The notes: generated by a model not told the origin, from the letters alone. Positions 22,611 to 32,260 are shown, numbered from the stretch's first letter. The stretch: 38,349 nt of DNA from an uncultured Clostridia bacterium (GCA_947624405.1 CANQKB010000003.1:1-38349), one strand, 5' to 3'. Numbers and translations are program-made.

Positions 22611-22874
22611 CTAACGCTCCATTTCTTTCCCTCTTTGTTTTGTTGTCTTCTGTTCACTTTCTTTTTTCCATTCTTGTGCAATAACATATTCATTTTTTGC
22701 ATCCATTCTCAAAGCACTTTCAGGCTTTCCTCCTAGTATATCTATTAAATTTCTAGCACTTTGCATTGGATTTGGATCTTTTGCATTATTTGCTTTTTTT
22801 ATAAGTTCTTTTAAATCCATATTACAATCAGAATTTGGTTTTGCTATTTCTTCTATATCTTTAATAGGTCTCAT
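22611..22874 (-). CDS. Hypothetical protein (87 aa)
   Basis: Translationally coupled (TAATG overlap) to the upstream gene and abuts the EndoQ start. Confidence 0.65.
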   Translation of the reverse strand: MRPIKDIEEIAKPNSDCNMDLKELIKKANNAKDPNPMQSARNLIDILGGKPESALRMDAKNEYVIAQEWKKESEQKTTKQRGKEMER

Positions 22875-23443
22875 TACGTCAAAACACCTTCTTTCAAAAA
22901 TACAAACTCTTTAAATTTTTCAAGGTATCTATTGTGTAGACCTTTTAAGTTTCTATTTTCCATTAAATTCATTGCCTCATCAATAGAAAATCCTTTTCTA
23001 TCTGATCTATCGAGAACAAGTCCTCCAAAATTATCTACAAGTTCTAATATATCACTTTCTTTTTCTCTTTCTGTTTCTCCTTGATATCTATTAACTTCTG
23101 AGCATATTTTACAAAATCTATCTGAAAATCCTAATGTTGACAAATATTCGGCTCCATCTAGAGCATACTTTTTTATCTTTTCTAAATCATGTGACACTAT
23201 ATTTTTTTTGCAAGCATACAAAAGACACGCTGTTAGCACTAAATTTTCATCTACATCTATATTCATTTTTTCGATAAATAATCTTGCTATCTCTGTTTTT
23301 AAAATCACTGAATTATCTAAAAATATATGTTTTTTCTTTTGTAAATAATATGCAATTTCCATTTTTCTAACATAATCCTTCTCTGACAAAATGTAATCTG
23401 CAAATGACTCCATTATATCACCTAACTTTCTTTGGTTTACCAC
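22874..23443 (-). CDS. Degenerate HD/HD-GYP-like protein
   Basis: TACLLYACKK aligns with the ALLHDIGK consensus. ILELVDNFGGLVLDRSDRKGFSIDEAM resembles the HD-GYP C-terminus. Confidence 0.6.
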   Translation of the reverse strand: MVNQRKLGDIMESFADYILSEKDYVRKMEIAYYLQKKKHIFLDNSVILKTEIARLFIEKMNIDVDENLVLTACLLYACKKNIVSHDLEKIKKYALDGAEYLSTLGFSDRFCKICSEVNRYQGETEREKESDILELVDNFGGLVLDRSDRKGFSIDEAMNLMENRNLKGLHNRYLEKFKEFVFLKEGVLT

Positions 23444-23521
23444 ATATCAATTATATTTGATAATTTAATTTTTTTCAACAATGTAACAATATTGTAATAA
23501 AATTGTTTTATTTTTGTAACA

Positions 23522-24420
23522 TTACATTATTGTTGCTCCTATTACTCCAGCATCATTTCCCATTTGAGCCATTACGATTTCTGGAATAATACCATCAAAT
23601 ATTTTACAATCATCACGTAGTTCTCTAACCAATGGCTCAAGTAAAATATTCTTAAAATGTACAAAGCTTCCTCCAATGCATATGGCCTCTGGTTCGAATA
23701 TATTTATTATATTAGTAAAACCAATGCACAAATTTCTTATATATTCATCAATTATATCTTGTAAATCATTTTTATTCTTTACTATAACATCATATATAGA
23801 ATCTCCATTGCACTCATCTATTTTCATTCTTTCGTTAATATTTGTCTTAAATACTTTCATCGATGCATATGTTTCAAAGCAACCTTTCCTTCCACAAGTA
23901 CATTCTCTTCCATTTCTTTCAATCACCATATGACCTAATTCAAATCCTGCATACTCTTTTGCACTTAGCATTCTATTTTCCATAAAAACAGCACTTCCTA
24001 TGCCTGTCCCTAAACAAATAAATACACAATTTGAATAATTTTTTAAAGAACCATACATTTTTTCACAAAGACCTGCACATTTTGCATCATTTCTTATAAA
24101 AATATTTTCAAAATTTAATGAAGTTTTTAATCTATCAACTATATCAAAATTTTTAATACCTAAATTATATGCTTTTATCATTTTTCCGTCTTTTACGCTA
24201 CCGTGGTACAGCAAGACCTATACTTTCTATTTCATTATAGGTAATTTTCTTCTGCATTAAGATTTCATTTATAAAATTAATAATTCTTTCCTCTATCACA
24301 TTTGTAATTTTCTTCCTATCTTCTTCACTAAAATCAATTTCTTTCTTAACTAATATCTTATCTTTTTCAACTAATCCAACTGCTAAATGGCTTCCTCCTA
24401 AATCAATTCCGTATCTTCAT
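23522..24420 (-). CDS. ROK family sugar kinase (two +1 shifts: 24411, 24203; ~298 aa)
   Basis: MKI[G]IDLGGS, IGLAVP[G], NDAKCA, LGTGIG, ELGHM and CTCGRKGCFETYAS motifs. Confidence 0.9.
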
Positions 24421-24461
24421 TTCAACTCTCATCCCTTTCAAGATTATTGTATTCAAATTAA

Positions 24462-24601
24462 AAACTGAAAATAGTTGTTTTTACATTCACTTGGTGTCGC
24501 AATCTCCAAATTATATTTTAATATGTCGATTGCTCCAATTCGCACTCGCTTCGCTCGTTTGGTCGCTTACGCGTTCATTTCAAAACAACTATTTTCAGTT
24601 T
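24462..24601. repeat. Palindromic intergenic repeat family A, copy 2
   Basis: Terminal inverted repeat AAACTGAAAATAGTTGTTTT / AAAACAACTATTTTCAGTTT with the same core as copy 1. Confidence 0.9.
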
Positions 24602-24678
24602 CCTTAAAAAGCATTCTACTGTTGCTTTTCAATGTACAACTCAAACACAATCTGCTTATTATTTTTCAAATTTTAAAC

Positions 24679-24806
24679 TAAGTTTGAGAAAGAATTAGTA
24701 TAGTGCTAGGCGAACAAGGCAAATTACCGGAGACTAGGCTGATGCCTGTCGAAGGTAATTTGACCGCAGTTCAACGACGCAATATGCTGATTATTTCTCA
24801 AACTTA
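24679..24806 (+). other. Structured GC-richer element B (nested hairpin), overlapping the rnhA 3' end
   Basis: Nested pairs: TAAGTTTGAGAAA/TTTCTCAAACTTA, AATTAGTATAGTGC/GCAATATGCTGATT, CAAATTACC/GGTAATTTG and GACTAGGC/GCCTGTC. Confidence 0.65.
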
Positions 24807-25229
24807 ATTGCTTGTCGAGCCATTTCATCACACCTATTATTAAACTCATTATCACTATGACCCTTTACCTTTATAAATTTAACCTTATGAATCTTGGTCA
24901 AACTATCTAGCTCTTCCCATAACTCTTTATTTTTTACATCTTCACGTTTAGAATTTTTCCACCCATTCTTTTTCCAACCTTCAATCCATTTTTGATTAAA
25001 AGCATTGATTACATATGCACTATCACTATATAATTCGACTTCGCAAGGATATTTCAAACTCTTAAGCCCTTCAATCACAGCTGTAATTTCCATTACATTA
25101 TTAGTTGTTTCCTTTTTTCCTCCTGACATTTCTTTTTTATTCCCATCACACATTAAAATCGTTCCCCAACCACCGTGGTCCTGGATTGCCTGAACATGCT
25201 CCGTCTGTATATATTACAACTTTTTTCAT
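24791..25229 (-). CDS. rnhA: Ribonuclease HI (+1 shift at CGGT 25175-25172; ~145 aa)
   Basis: [18 protein letters not shown][G][25 protein letters not shown] and [14 protein letters not shown] motifs. Confidence 0.95.
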
Positions 25230-25269
25230 ATTTACTATATCATTCCTTTTCTTTTTTTGTCATAAAACA

Positions 25270-25298
25270 TTGAACTTTTTTTATTTTTATGATATTAT
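25270..25298 (+). promoter_or_regulatory. Putative sigma-A promoter for tmcAL
   Basis: TTGAAC-17 nt-TATTAT with extended -10 TG. Confidence 0.55.
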
Positions 25299-25347
25299 AT
25301 CAATAAATGTTTTTATTGTAAAGAAAAATTTATTAATGGAGGTTCTT

Positions 25348-26580
25348 ATGGGTAACGTCTTAGCTGTAATTGGTGAGTATAACCCTTTTCATAATGGTCA
25401 TTTATATCAATTAAATGAAGCTAAAAAAGCTATGCATTCAAATTATGCAGTTGCCTTAATTTCTGGCAATTTTGTTCAAAGAGGTGATGCATCTATTGTT
25501 GATAAATGGACAAAAGCCAAAATGGCTTTATTAAATGGTTTTGATTTAGTTATTGAACTTCCTTGTGTATATAGCATCTCCAGTGCAGAAAACTTTGCAA
25601 CTGGTGCAGTTAGGTTGCTTAATTCTTTAAAAATAATAAACAATCTATCTTTTGGATGTGAAGCCGATGATTTAAATATCTTAAAAGAATTTGCAAACAT
25701 ACTCGCTGAGCAACCACCTAAATACAAATCATTGCTTTCTCATGAATTATCTAAAGGAATTCCTTTTCCTAAGGCAAGAGAAAATGCACTTTTAATGTGC
25801 CTAAACAATATAAGAAAATCTGCTAATGTGTTATCATCACCAAATAATATATTAGCTATAGAATATTTAAAAGCACTTAGAATAACTGAATCAAATATTC
25901 ATCCTTTTGGAATTAAAAGAGTTGGTGCAGATTATCATAGTGAAGAAATTATGGGAGATTTTGCAAGTGCTACAGCACTTAGAAAATATGCATATGAGCG
26001 CAATTTTTATGCAATTAACAGAGCTATGCCTAAAATTTCTTATGATATTTTAGAAGATTGCATTAAAAAGGGACATTATTCTAAAGGTTTAATAAGCTAT
26101 GAAAAGGAAATAATGTTCGTTCTTCGTAATATGACTGTCGCTGAAATTGCTAAGCTTCCAGATGTTACCGAAGGTTTAGAAAATTTAATAAAAAATGCAG
26201 CAAACTCATGCAATAATTTGAATGAACTTATGGGAATGGTAAAATCTAAAAGATATACTCAAACTAGAATACAACGCATTTTGCTTTATGCACTTTTAGG
26301 TATTACAAAAGAAGATATGGAAAATTCTAAAAAAATTGATCCATATATTCGAGTTTTAGGGTTTAACACAAAAGGACAAAATTTACTTTCTGATATATGT
26401 AATGCAAATAGCAAGCTTCAAGTTATAACATCTGTAAAAAGATTTACTACAACTTGTAGAAATAAAAAACTCTTAATGATGTTTGAAAAGGATATAAAAG
26501 CTACTAATATTTATACTTTAGGTTATGAATATGATTCATATTCTAATTTAGATTATACAAATAAATTGATAACTTTCTAA
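25348..26580 (+). CDS. tmcAL: tRNA(Met) cytidine acetate ligase (YlbM family nucleotidyltransferase)
   Basis: GGAGG RBS, then EYNPFHNGH, SGNFVQRG, PNNILAIEY, SATALR and KSKRYTQTRIQR motifs. Confidence 0.88.
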   Translation: MGNVLAVIGEYNPFHNGHLYQLNEAKKAMHSNYAVALISGNFVQRGDASIVDKWTKAKMALLNGFDLVIELPCVYSISSAENFATGAVRLLNSLKIINNLSFGCEADDLNILKEFANILAEQPPKYKSLLSHELSKGIPFPKARENALLMCLNNIRKSANVLSSPNNILAIEYLKALRITESNIHPFGIKRVGADYHSEEIMGDFASATALRKYAYERNFYAINRAMPKISYDILEDCIKKGHYSKGLISYEKEIMFVLRNMTVAEIAKLPDVTEGLENLIKNAANSCNNLNELMGMVKSKRYTQTRIQRILLYALLGITKEDMENSKKIDPYIRVLGFNTKGQNLLSDICNANSKLQVITSVKRFTTTCRNKKLLMMFEKDIKATNIYTLGYEYDSYSNLDYTNKLITF

Positions 26581-26610
26581 AAAAAACATAGCCCAAGCTA
26601 TGTTTTTTTT
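26579..26610. terminator. Bidirectional intrinsic terminator
   Basis: AAAAAAAACATAGC-CCAA-GCTATGTTTTTTTT between convergent genes. Confidence 0.85.
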
Positions 26611-26623
26611 GAAAAATTTTTTG

Positions 26624-26932
26624 TTATTGTTCTTCTTCATCAACGAAATCAAATTCATCTTTGAATTTTTCTTTAAAGATTTCAAATACTTTATTCAAGA
26701 TTTCATCATCTTCTACACTTATATATGATTCTTCATCTTCTGAATCTGTATCTTCTACTTGTAATATTACAACTTCTCCTGGTTCAGCCTCATCTTCGTC
26801 TGTTGGTAATAATATTACGTATTCTTCACCGTCTAATTCAACTAAATCTAAAAATTCAAAATTAACTTCATTTCCATCTTCGTCATTTAATACGATAACA
26901 TTATCTAATTCTTCATCATCCATCTGATACAT
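26624..26932 (-). CDS. DUF1292 domain acidic protein
   Basis: IVLNDEDGNEVNFEFLD...EYVILLP. Conserved ireB-ruvX-DUF1292 order. Confidence 0.88.
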   Translation of the reverse strand: MYQMDDEELDNVIVLNDEDGNEVNFEFLDLVELDGEEYVILLPTDEDEAEPGEVVILQVEDTDSEDEESYISVEDDEILNKVFEIFKEKFKDEFDFVDEEEQ

Positions 26933-26975
26933 TCTCCTTTCAAATATTTTTTATATTAATTGTATTACTACAATA

Positions 26976-27401
26976 TTAATGACTTTTGTTCATATAACTT
27001 TCTAAGATGTACACAGCTGAAATAGTATCAACTATATTCTTTTTTTCTTTCTTGTTTACATCTAAAAAATTCATTGTTTTATGTGCAAATACAGTTGTTA
27101 ATCTTTCATCAATACTTTCTATACGTATATTATTAAATTTACATTTTAATTTATGTATGAATTTTTTGGTTTTCTCTACTCTTTCTCCTAATGTTCCATT
27201 CATATTAATTGGCATTCCAACCACAATCGTATCTACTTCATACATTTTTAATAATTCTTCTAATCTTTTAAGCACAATTTTATCATTTCCATCATGATGT
27301 ATTGTTTCCAATCCTTGAGCAGTTATACCGAGTGCATCAGAAACGGCAATCCCCACTCTAGCATCACCATAATCAATTCCAAGCATTCTCATATTATTCA
27401 T
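26976..27401 (-). CDS. ruvX: RuvX/YqgF family nuclease (putative pre-16S rRNA nuclease)
   Basis: [27 protein letters not shown] and [13 protein letters not shown] motifs. Confidence 0.93.
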   Translation of the reverse strand: MNNMRMLGIDYGDARVGIAVSDALGITAQGLETIHHDGNDKIVLKRLEELLKMYEVDTIVVGMPINMNGTLGERVEKTKKFIHKLKCKFNNIRIESIDERLTTVFAHKTMNFLDVNKKEKKNIVDTISAVYILESYMNKSH

Positions 27402-27648
27402 CTACACCTATATAAAACTTAACCATGCTTTCTAATAATTCATCTCTTTCGACTTTTCTAATTATATTTCTTGCATCATTATGACTTGTTATATATGTTG
27501 GATCTCCAGATAATATATAGCCTACAATTTGATTAACGGGATTATATCCCTTTTCCTCGAGTGCTTTGTACACTTCTTGCAAAACATCTTTATATTTTAT
27601 CTTATTCTCATTTTCAACTTTAAAATTTAATGTTTTATCAAAATCCAT
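27394..27648 (-). CDS. ireB: IreB/ReoM family regulatory phosphoprotein
   Basis: [26 protein letters not shown] and ERDELLE motifs. Confidence 0.93.
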   Translation of the reverse strand: MDFDKTLNFKVENENKIKYKDVLQEVYKALEEKGYNPVNQIVGYILSGDPTYITSHNDARNIIRKVERDELLESMVKFYIGVDE

Positions 27649-27671
27649 TACTTTACCTCCTATAATTTATT

Positions 27672-28793
27672 TTATATATTATTAATATCATGCTCATTTG
27701 CAGGTGCTGTATCCAAATAGTCTTCTAGCTTTTTCAAAACCTTTTCAATTGCCGTTCCTTTATAATATGTTGCCAAAACAAAATTTACCATTGGATGTGA
27801 AATTACTACTTTTTTCTTCTTTTTTTCATCAAACTTTTCATTTTCTTCGGTAGCTATAACATCTTCTACCGCTAAATTCTCAACTTCATTTTTTAAGTCA
27901 TTTAAAAATTCTACAACTCCTTCTACATCTACACCTGAAAAAGCAATGACAAATTTTGGACCCATATATCTAACAAAAATATATTCTTTTGATATTTTTT
28001 CTTTAATATAATCACATACATCAATAATCACTTGATTTCCAGTATCTCTATTTACATTTTCATTTATTGCTTGCAAATTAGTAATTTTAAACATACATAT
28101 TGTTGAAGTTGTATAATTATCAATTGTTTTTCTTCCTTCTTCATATAAGTACTCTGATGTTTTTAAATCAGAATATAAATCTTGCCTAGTTAAACTTTCA
28201 ACAATATTCTGATACGATACAATTTTTAATATTGACACAATATTTTCCTTTACTACTTCAAGAATAGTTGTATCAATATTATCAAAAGCATGCATTCTAC
28301 CACTTTCAATTATCCAATAACCAATATATACATTATCTATATAGAGTGGAAAAAACATTGCTGACTTAGCTCGTCCAAACTCCATTTTCTGATATGGTAA
28401 ACGTTCTTCTTCTTTATTTACTGTCACATATTTAGGTTTAGCTGTTGTTATACTATCTTTAAAGATTTCTTCATCTTGAAGTTTACGTAAGGTATCCCAA
28501 TGTTTTTTATCAACGTTAGAAGATTTTACTACATACTCTGCCCCATCAAATAGTACTATTGTTGAATATTTAATTGCATATTGCTCTATTAATATTTCGT
28601 TTATTTTCTCGATTTTATCATCTACAGATTGTGAATCTCCTATAGTTGCCATAAAATCTTGTAGAACATTTAAGCTAGTTACTTTTTGATTTATATCTTT
28701 GTAATTCTTTATTCTTTTGCTTATTATTAAATTGTAGAGCCCCAGCGCTAATACTAATATGACTAATACTATAATTCCTACCAGCTCCATCAT
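27672..28793 (-). CDS. Membrane-anchored GAF + degenerate GGDEF domain protein
   Basis: N-terminal TM. GAF-like SAMFFPLYIDNVYIGYWIIES. GGDEF-like INENVNRDTGNQVI...VRYMGPKFVIAF. Confidence 0.7.
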   Translation of the reverse strand: MMELVGIIVLVILVLALGLYNLIISKRIKNYKDINQKVTSLNVLQDFMATIGDSQSVDDKIEKINEILIEQYAIKYSTIVLFDGAEYVVKSSNVDKKHWDTLRKLQDEEIFKDSITTAKPKYVTVNKEEERLPYQKMEFGRAKSAMFFPLYIDNVYIGYWIIESGRMHAFDNIDTTILEVVKENIVSILKIVSYQNIVESLTRQDLYSDLKTSEYLYEEGRKTIDNYTTSTICMFKITNLQAINENVNRDTGNQVIIDVCDYIKEKISKEYIFVRYMGPKFVIAFSGVDVEGVVEFLNDLKNEVENLAVEDVIATEENEKFDEKKKKKVVISHPMVNFVLATYYKGTAIEKVLKKLEDYLDTAPANEHDINNI

Positions 28794-28857
28794 TCAACCC
28801 ATTCCTTTCTAAGGCACAGATTAAGTTTTTTCAAACTTTTCTCCATTTATTTGCCAA

Positions 28858-31128
28858 TTAATAGTCTTCTTCTGATTTATTTATTCTTCTTAATGCTTTT
28901 TTGCTCTTTGAATAATCTGGTTTATATTTATTTGATACTAATGGATATACAACATCTCCTAATTTCTTTAATTCGCTTAAAAATTGTTTTGAATATCCAC
29001 TTGTTGATACATAACAATCTACCATACCACATAAATACTTTGACAAAGTTTCCTCATCGAATGGAATTGTAATAGCTGTCATTCTATCTCTATCAAATAA
29101 ATCTCTCATATATGACATTTCTGGATTATTATAACGTGATAGCCCTCCAATTATTGTCTTTTCTGTTAATCCTCTTACTCTCATAGCTTTATTAATTACT
29201 ATTTTAAGTTTTGCTGGTTCAAGTTTATCATTTGACTGTAAATCTCTCAAAAATGCTGTTAATGGCTGTATTGTCAATATATCCATTGTTTGCACTAAAT
29301 ATATCTCTTGTGCCAATTCAAAATACCATTCAGGTGTTGTAAAATCACAGTCTAATAATACTAAAGAATATTTTTTGACTACATTTGATATAACAGCTTC
29401 ATAATCTGTTACATCAACTTGTTGATTTGGTATTGATGTAAAAACAGTTAGATTTTTATTTACATCTATTCCCTCTAATATTCCATTTTCTAATTTTTCT
29501 AGGCAATTTGAAGCAACTCTTCTAAGTGGCTCTTCATTTTTTGTATATATATAATATGAATTTCTATTTTCTGTAAAATCAATTATTGCTGTTTTTATTC
29601 CTGATTTTGATAACATATCTGCGAGATTATTTATCAAGAACGATGTTCCGGCTTTCGTTGTTCCTACAAAAGCAACTACCTTTTTATCCCTTGTTAATAC
29701 ACTTGATAGTTCTCCATTTCCAATATTACTTTGAACCTTTTGTATATATCTATCTTCATCATTTTCTTCTCTTCTTATATTATTGTTTCCAGCAAATCCA
29801 TATAAATTCATGTTTTTTGGTTCATCATCTTCTTCAAATCCTGGAAGACTTGGTTCTTGAACACTTATATCATCATCATCATCAAAACCTGGTAAAACTG
29901 GTTCAGCTGGCTCTATATTTCTTTGAGGTATTGTTTGTTCTGGTTCAAAACCTGGTAAGATATTTTCTTCTACATTTTCTTCAACTGGCTGTTCAATAGT
30001 TTCAGTAACAGGTTGAACTACTTTTTTTGGTCTTCCTCTTCTTTTTGGTTGAACTGGTTGAGGTGTAACTGAAGGTTGTTGCATTGTTGTTTGACTTTCA
30101 AATTGTTGAGTATCCATACTTTCACTATTTTCTATAGGTTCTGTTACCTTTTTTGGTCTTCCTCTTCTCTTTTTTACTGGTTGTTCTTGTACTTCATTTA
30201 CCTCATTCTGTATCTCTTCATTTTCCTCTTGTACATCTTGTTTTATTTCTGGACTTTCTTTTATTTCTTGTTTTCTTGTTAATTTCTTTACTTGCTCTTT
30301 ATTTACTTCTGAAGGAATTACTACAGGTTTTGTAGGTCTTGAATTAGCTCCTTTGGTTTCAATAAAGCCTACTTTTAAATCGTCTTTCTTTTCTTCCTTT
30401 TTCCTCTTGCCAGTATTTTTATATGTTCCTTCACCAAATGTCATTATTGATTGATATTTAGGTGATTCTTGCTCTAAAACAGCTTTTACTCCAATAGGTA
30501 AAAACTTTGTAATTATTCTTAGTTGCGCATCAGTATACTGTGCAGCAATATTATTGAAGCTTTCAACATATCTTTCTGTATTCTTTCCAAGTTTTTTATA
30601 ATGTGTTAGTATATTTTGTATTTCTGTTTCACTAACACTATCTTCTGTTTCAGCTTGATACGTAACTTCGTCTGTTTCTATTTTATAATATGATTTTGCT
30701 TCTTTTTTTGTACGTGGTTTGTTAATCAAATTGCAAACTTGAGGTATGCTCCTATCTGAACCAATCAAAGCATTATATACTCCGATTGAAAATAATTTTG
30801 ATAATAAATTATCTGATTTTGAACGCCTATCTGTTGCTATAAAGATAATTGGTATATCTGTTCCGTTATTACTTATTGCTTCATCACTTATTTTATCTAA
30901 TTGCTCAAATAAAAATTTATCTATTAAGTCAAAATTATTACTTGAATAAGGCTCTAAATCTTCACTTATAACAATTCTATCATAAGTTTGATCCCTTTGC
31001 AATTCTTTTATTATTGCATTAAAATAATAAACATTTTTTCCTGATATTATTTCCCTATATTCTTTTTGATATAATTTTATAATAGACTCTGATATCTCTT
31101 CATTACTAACAGCAAATAAAACTTTCAT
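28858..31128 (-). CDS. Multidomain protein: receiver-like N-terminus, Pro/Gln/Glu-rich linker with AT-hook-like motifs, C-terminal ParA/MinD/CpaE-like P-loop domain
   Basis: KVVAFVGTTKAGTSF, TAIIDF, LVLLDC and KIVINK motifs. KRRGRPKK occurs twice. Confidence 0.65.
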   Translation of the reverse strand: MKVLFAVSNEEISESIIKLYQKEYREIISGKNVYYFNAIIKELQRDQTYDRIVISEDLEPYSSNNFDLIDKFLFEQLDKISDEAISNNGTDIPIIFIATDRRSKSDNLLSKLFSIGVYNALIGSDRSIPQVCNLINKPRTKKEAKSYYKIETDEVTYQAETEDSVSETEIQNILTHYKKLGKNTERYVESFNNIAAQYTDAQLRIITKFLPIGVKAVLEQESPKYQSIMTFGEGTYKNTGKRKKEEKKDDLKVGFIETKGANSRPTKPVVIPSEVNKEQVKKLTRKQEIKESPEIKQDVQEENEEIQNEVNEVQEQPVKKRRGRPKKVTEPIENSESMDTQQFESQTTMQQPSVTPQPVQPKRRGRPKKVVQPVTETIEQPVEENVEENILPGFEPEQTIPQRNIEPAEPVLPGFDDDDDISVQEPSLPGFEEDDEPKNMNLYGFAGNNNIRREENDEDRYIQKVQSNIGNGELSSVLTRDKKVVAFVGTTKAGTSFLINNLADMLSKSGIKTAIIDFTENRNSYYIYTKNEEPLRRVASNCLEKLENGILEGIDVNKNLTVFTSIPNQQVDVTDYEAVISNVVKKYSLVLLDCDFTTPEWYFELAQEIYLVQTMDILTIQPLTAFLRDLQSNDKLEPAKLKIVINKAMRVRGLTEKTIIGGLSRYNNPEMSYMRDLFDRDRMTAITIPFDEETLSKYLCGMVDCYVSTSGYSKQFLSELKKLGDVVYPLVSNKYKPDYSKSKKALRRINKSEEDY

Positions 31129-31131
31129 TTG

Positions 31132-31545
31132 TTAACTCCTTCCAAAACCTTTTATTACGATTAAAAATACAAGTGGTAACACCTGACATATTACAAATAA
31201 TGTAATAAAGGCAATCATTGTATAAAAACCTTTGTATCTTACATCTAACTTCCTTATTCCTATTACATATTGATATATTGCACTTACTACTATTCCTAAA
31301 AAACAAAATGGAATACTAAATATTCTTACTTTATTTAATACAAATGCCGTAAATCCATATGTATCTGATTCATACAGTTCTTGATATTCTGCAAGCTCGT
31401 CTTTTTGTTCTTCTGATAATTCTACTAGCTTACTTGCACTCCCACTATTATTTAATACTTCATCCGCTACTCCTTTTACTGTATTAGGACATAACATTAT
31501 CATAAGTGCAAACATTATCGTTACTAAAAACATCACTTTTTTCAT
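31132..31545 (-). CDS. Small membrane protein with signal peptide and two C-terminal TM helices (TrbC/VirB2 pilin-like topology)
   Basis: Hydrophobic N-terminus, then two TM helices separated by a basic loop (IRKLDVRYKG). First gene of the operon. Confidence 0.6.
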   Translation of the reverse strand: MKKVMFLVTIMFALMIMLCPNTVKGVADEVLNNSGSASKLVELSEEQKDELAEYQELYESDTYGFTAFVLNKVRIFSIPFCFLGIVVSAIYQYVIGIRKLDVRYKGFYTMIAFITLFVICQVLPLVFLIVIKGFGRS

Positions 31546-31590
31546 TATTATATTCCCTCACATTATTTTGACTAATTTTTCCTATATATT

Positions 31591-31619
31591 ATCATACAAT
31601 AGAATTTGAAAAATATCAA
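31591..31619 (-). promoter_or_regulatory. Putative sigma-A promoter of the 31545-26624 gene run
   Basis: Minus strand TTGATA-17 nt-TATGAT. Confidence 0.55.
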
Positions 31620-31766
31620 GCAATTTTAGAAAATTTTACTAAAAAAGAAGTATTCTTTATTATAATCTATTTTTCACGCATATTATTTCTAAATTTGGTT
31701 AATATATCTAATAATTACGGTAAAAGTTTTTAAACTTGATTTTATACCAAGAAAGGAACATCAAAA

Positions 31767-32201
31767 ATGGATGAAAAAGAAAATCTAAAAATTTTAAAAG
31801 AACTTCATACAGGAGCAGAAATGGGAGTAAAAGCTATTTCATATGTTTCTGATAAAGTAGCTGATGATGACTTCAAAAGAGAACTTTCTACACAATACAA
31901 CCAATATGAGGACATCTTAAACAAAGTAACAGACATATACAATGATTATGGTGAAGTTCCAAACACATCTAATATCAAAAAAGACATAATGACATGGATG
32001 GGAGTTCAAATGAATACTATGAATGACAATAGTAATTCAAAGCTTTCGGAGATGTTAATTCAAGGAACTGTTATGGGTATTATTGAAGGCAGAAGAATTC
32101 TAAATAATAATCCTAATGTAGATACAAGAATAAAAGATACTTTAAATGAATTCGTGCAGTTACAGGAAAATTCTGTAACAAAATTAAAAGAATATCTATA
32201 A
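31767..32201 (+). CDS. Conserved clostridial hypothetical protein, predicted helical-bundle (ferritin-like)
   Basis: GAAAGGA RBS. Amphipathic helices with GAEMG and EMLIQGTVMG repeats, ending LKEYL. Confidence 0.75.
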   Translation: MDEKENLKILKELHTGAEMGVKAISYVSDKVADDDFKRELSTQYNQYEDILNKVTDIYNDYGEVPNTSNIKKDIMTWMGVQMNTMNDNSNSKLSEMLIQGTVMGIIEGRRILNNNPNVDTRIKDTLNEFVQLQENSVTKLKEYL

Positions 32202-32260
32202 TTGATATTATACCCATAAATTAAAGTAGCAGTCCATTGCCTTTTTTAAATAATTAATAA

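Noticed and set aside
24475-24681. 68-aa ORF on the + strand
   Set aside because: It lies over repeat A copy 2, has a TTG start without an RBS, and the frame is not preserved as a gene in the other copies.
25105-25347. N-terminal extension of the tmcAL ORF in the ORF track
   Set aside because: It overlaps rnhA antisense and the promoter region. The RBS and family homology start at ATG 25348.
28794-28900. Possible hidden frameshift at the end of the 756-aa gene
   Set aside because: No CGG is present in frame, and the ORF ends at a normal TAA before the next gene's RBS.
31675-31710. Sporulation sigma-E/K-like promoter upstream of the 144-aa gene
   Set aside because: The GCATATT...AATATAT match is too weak in such AT-rich DNA to support a call.
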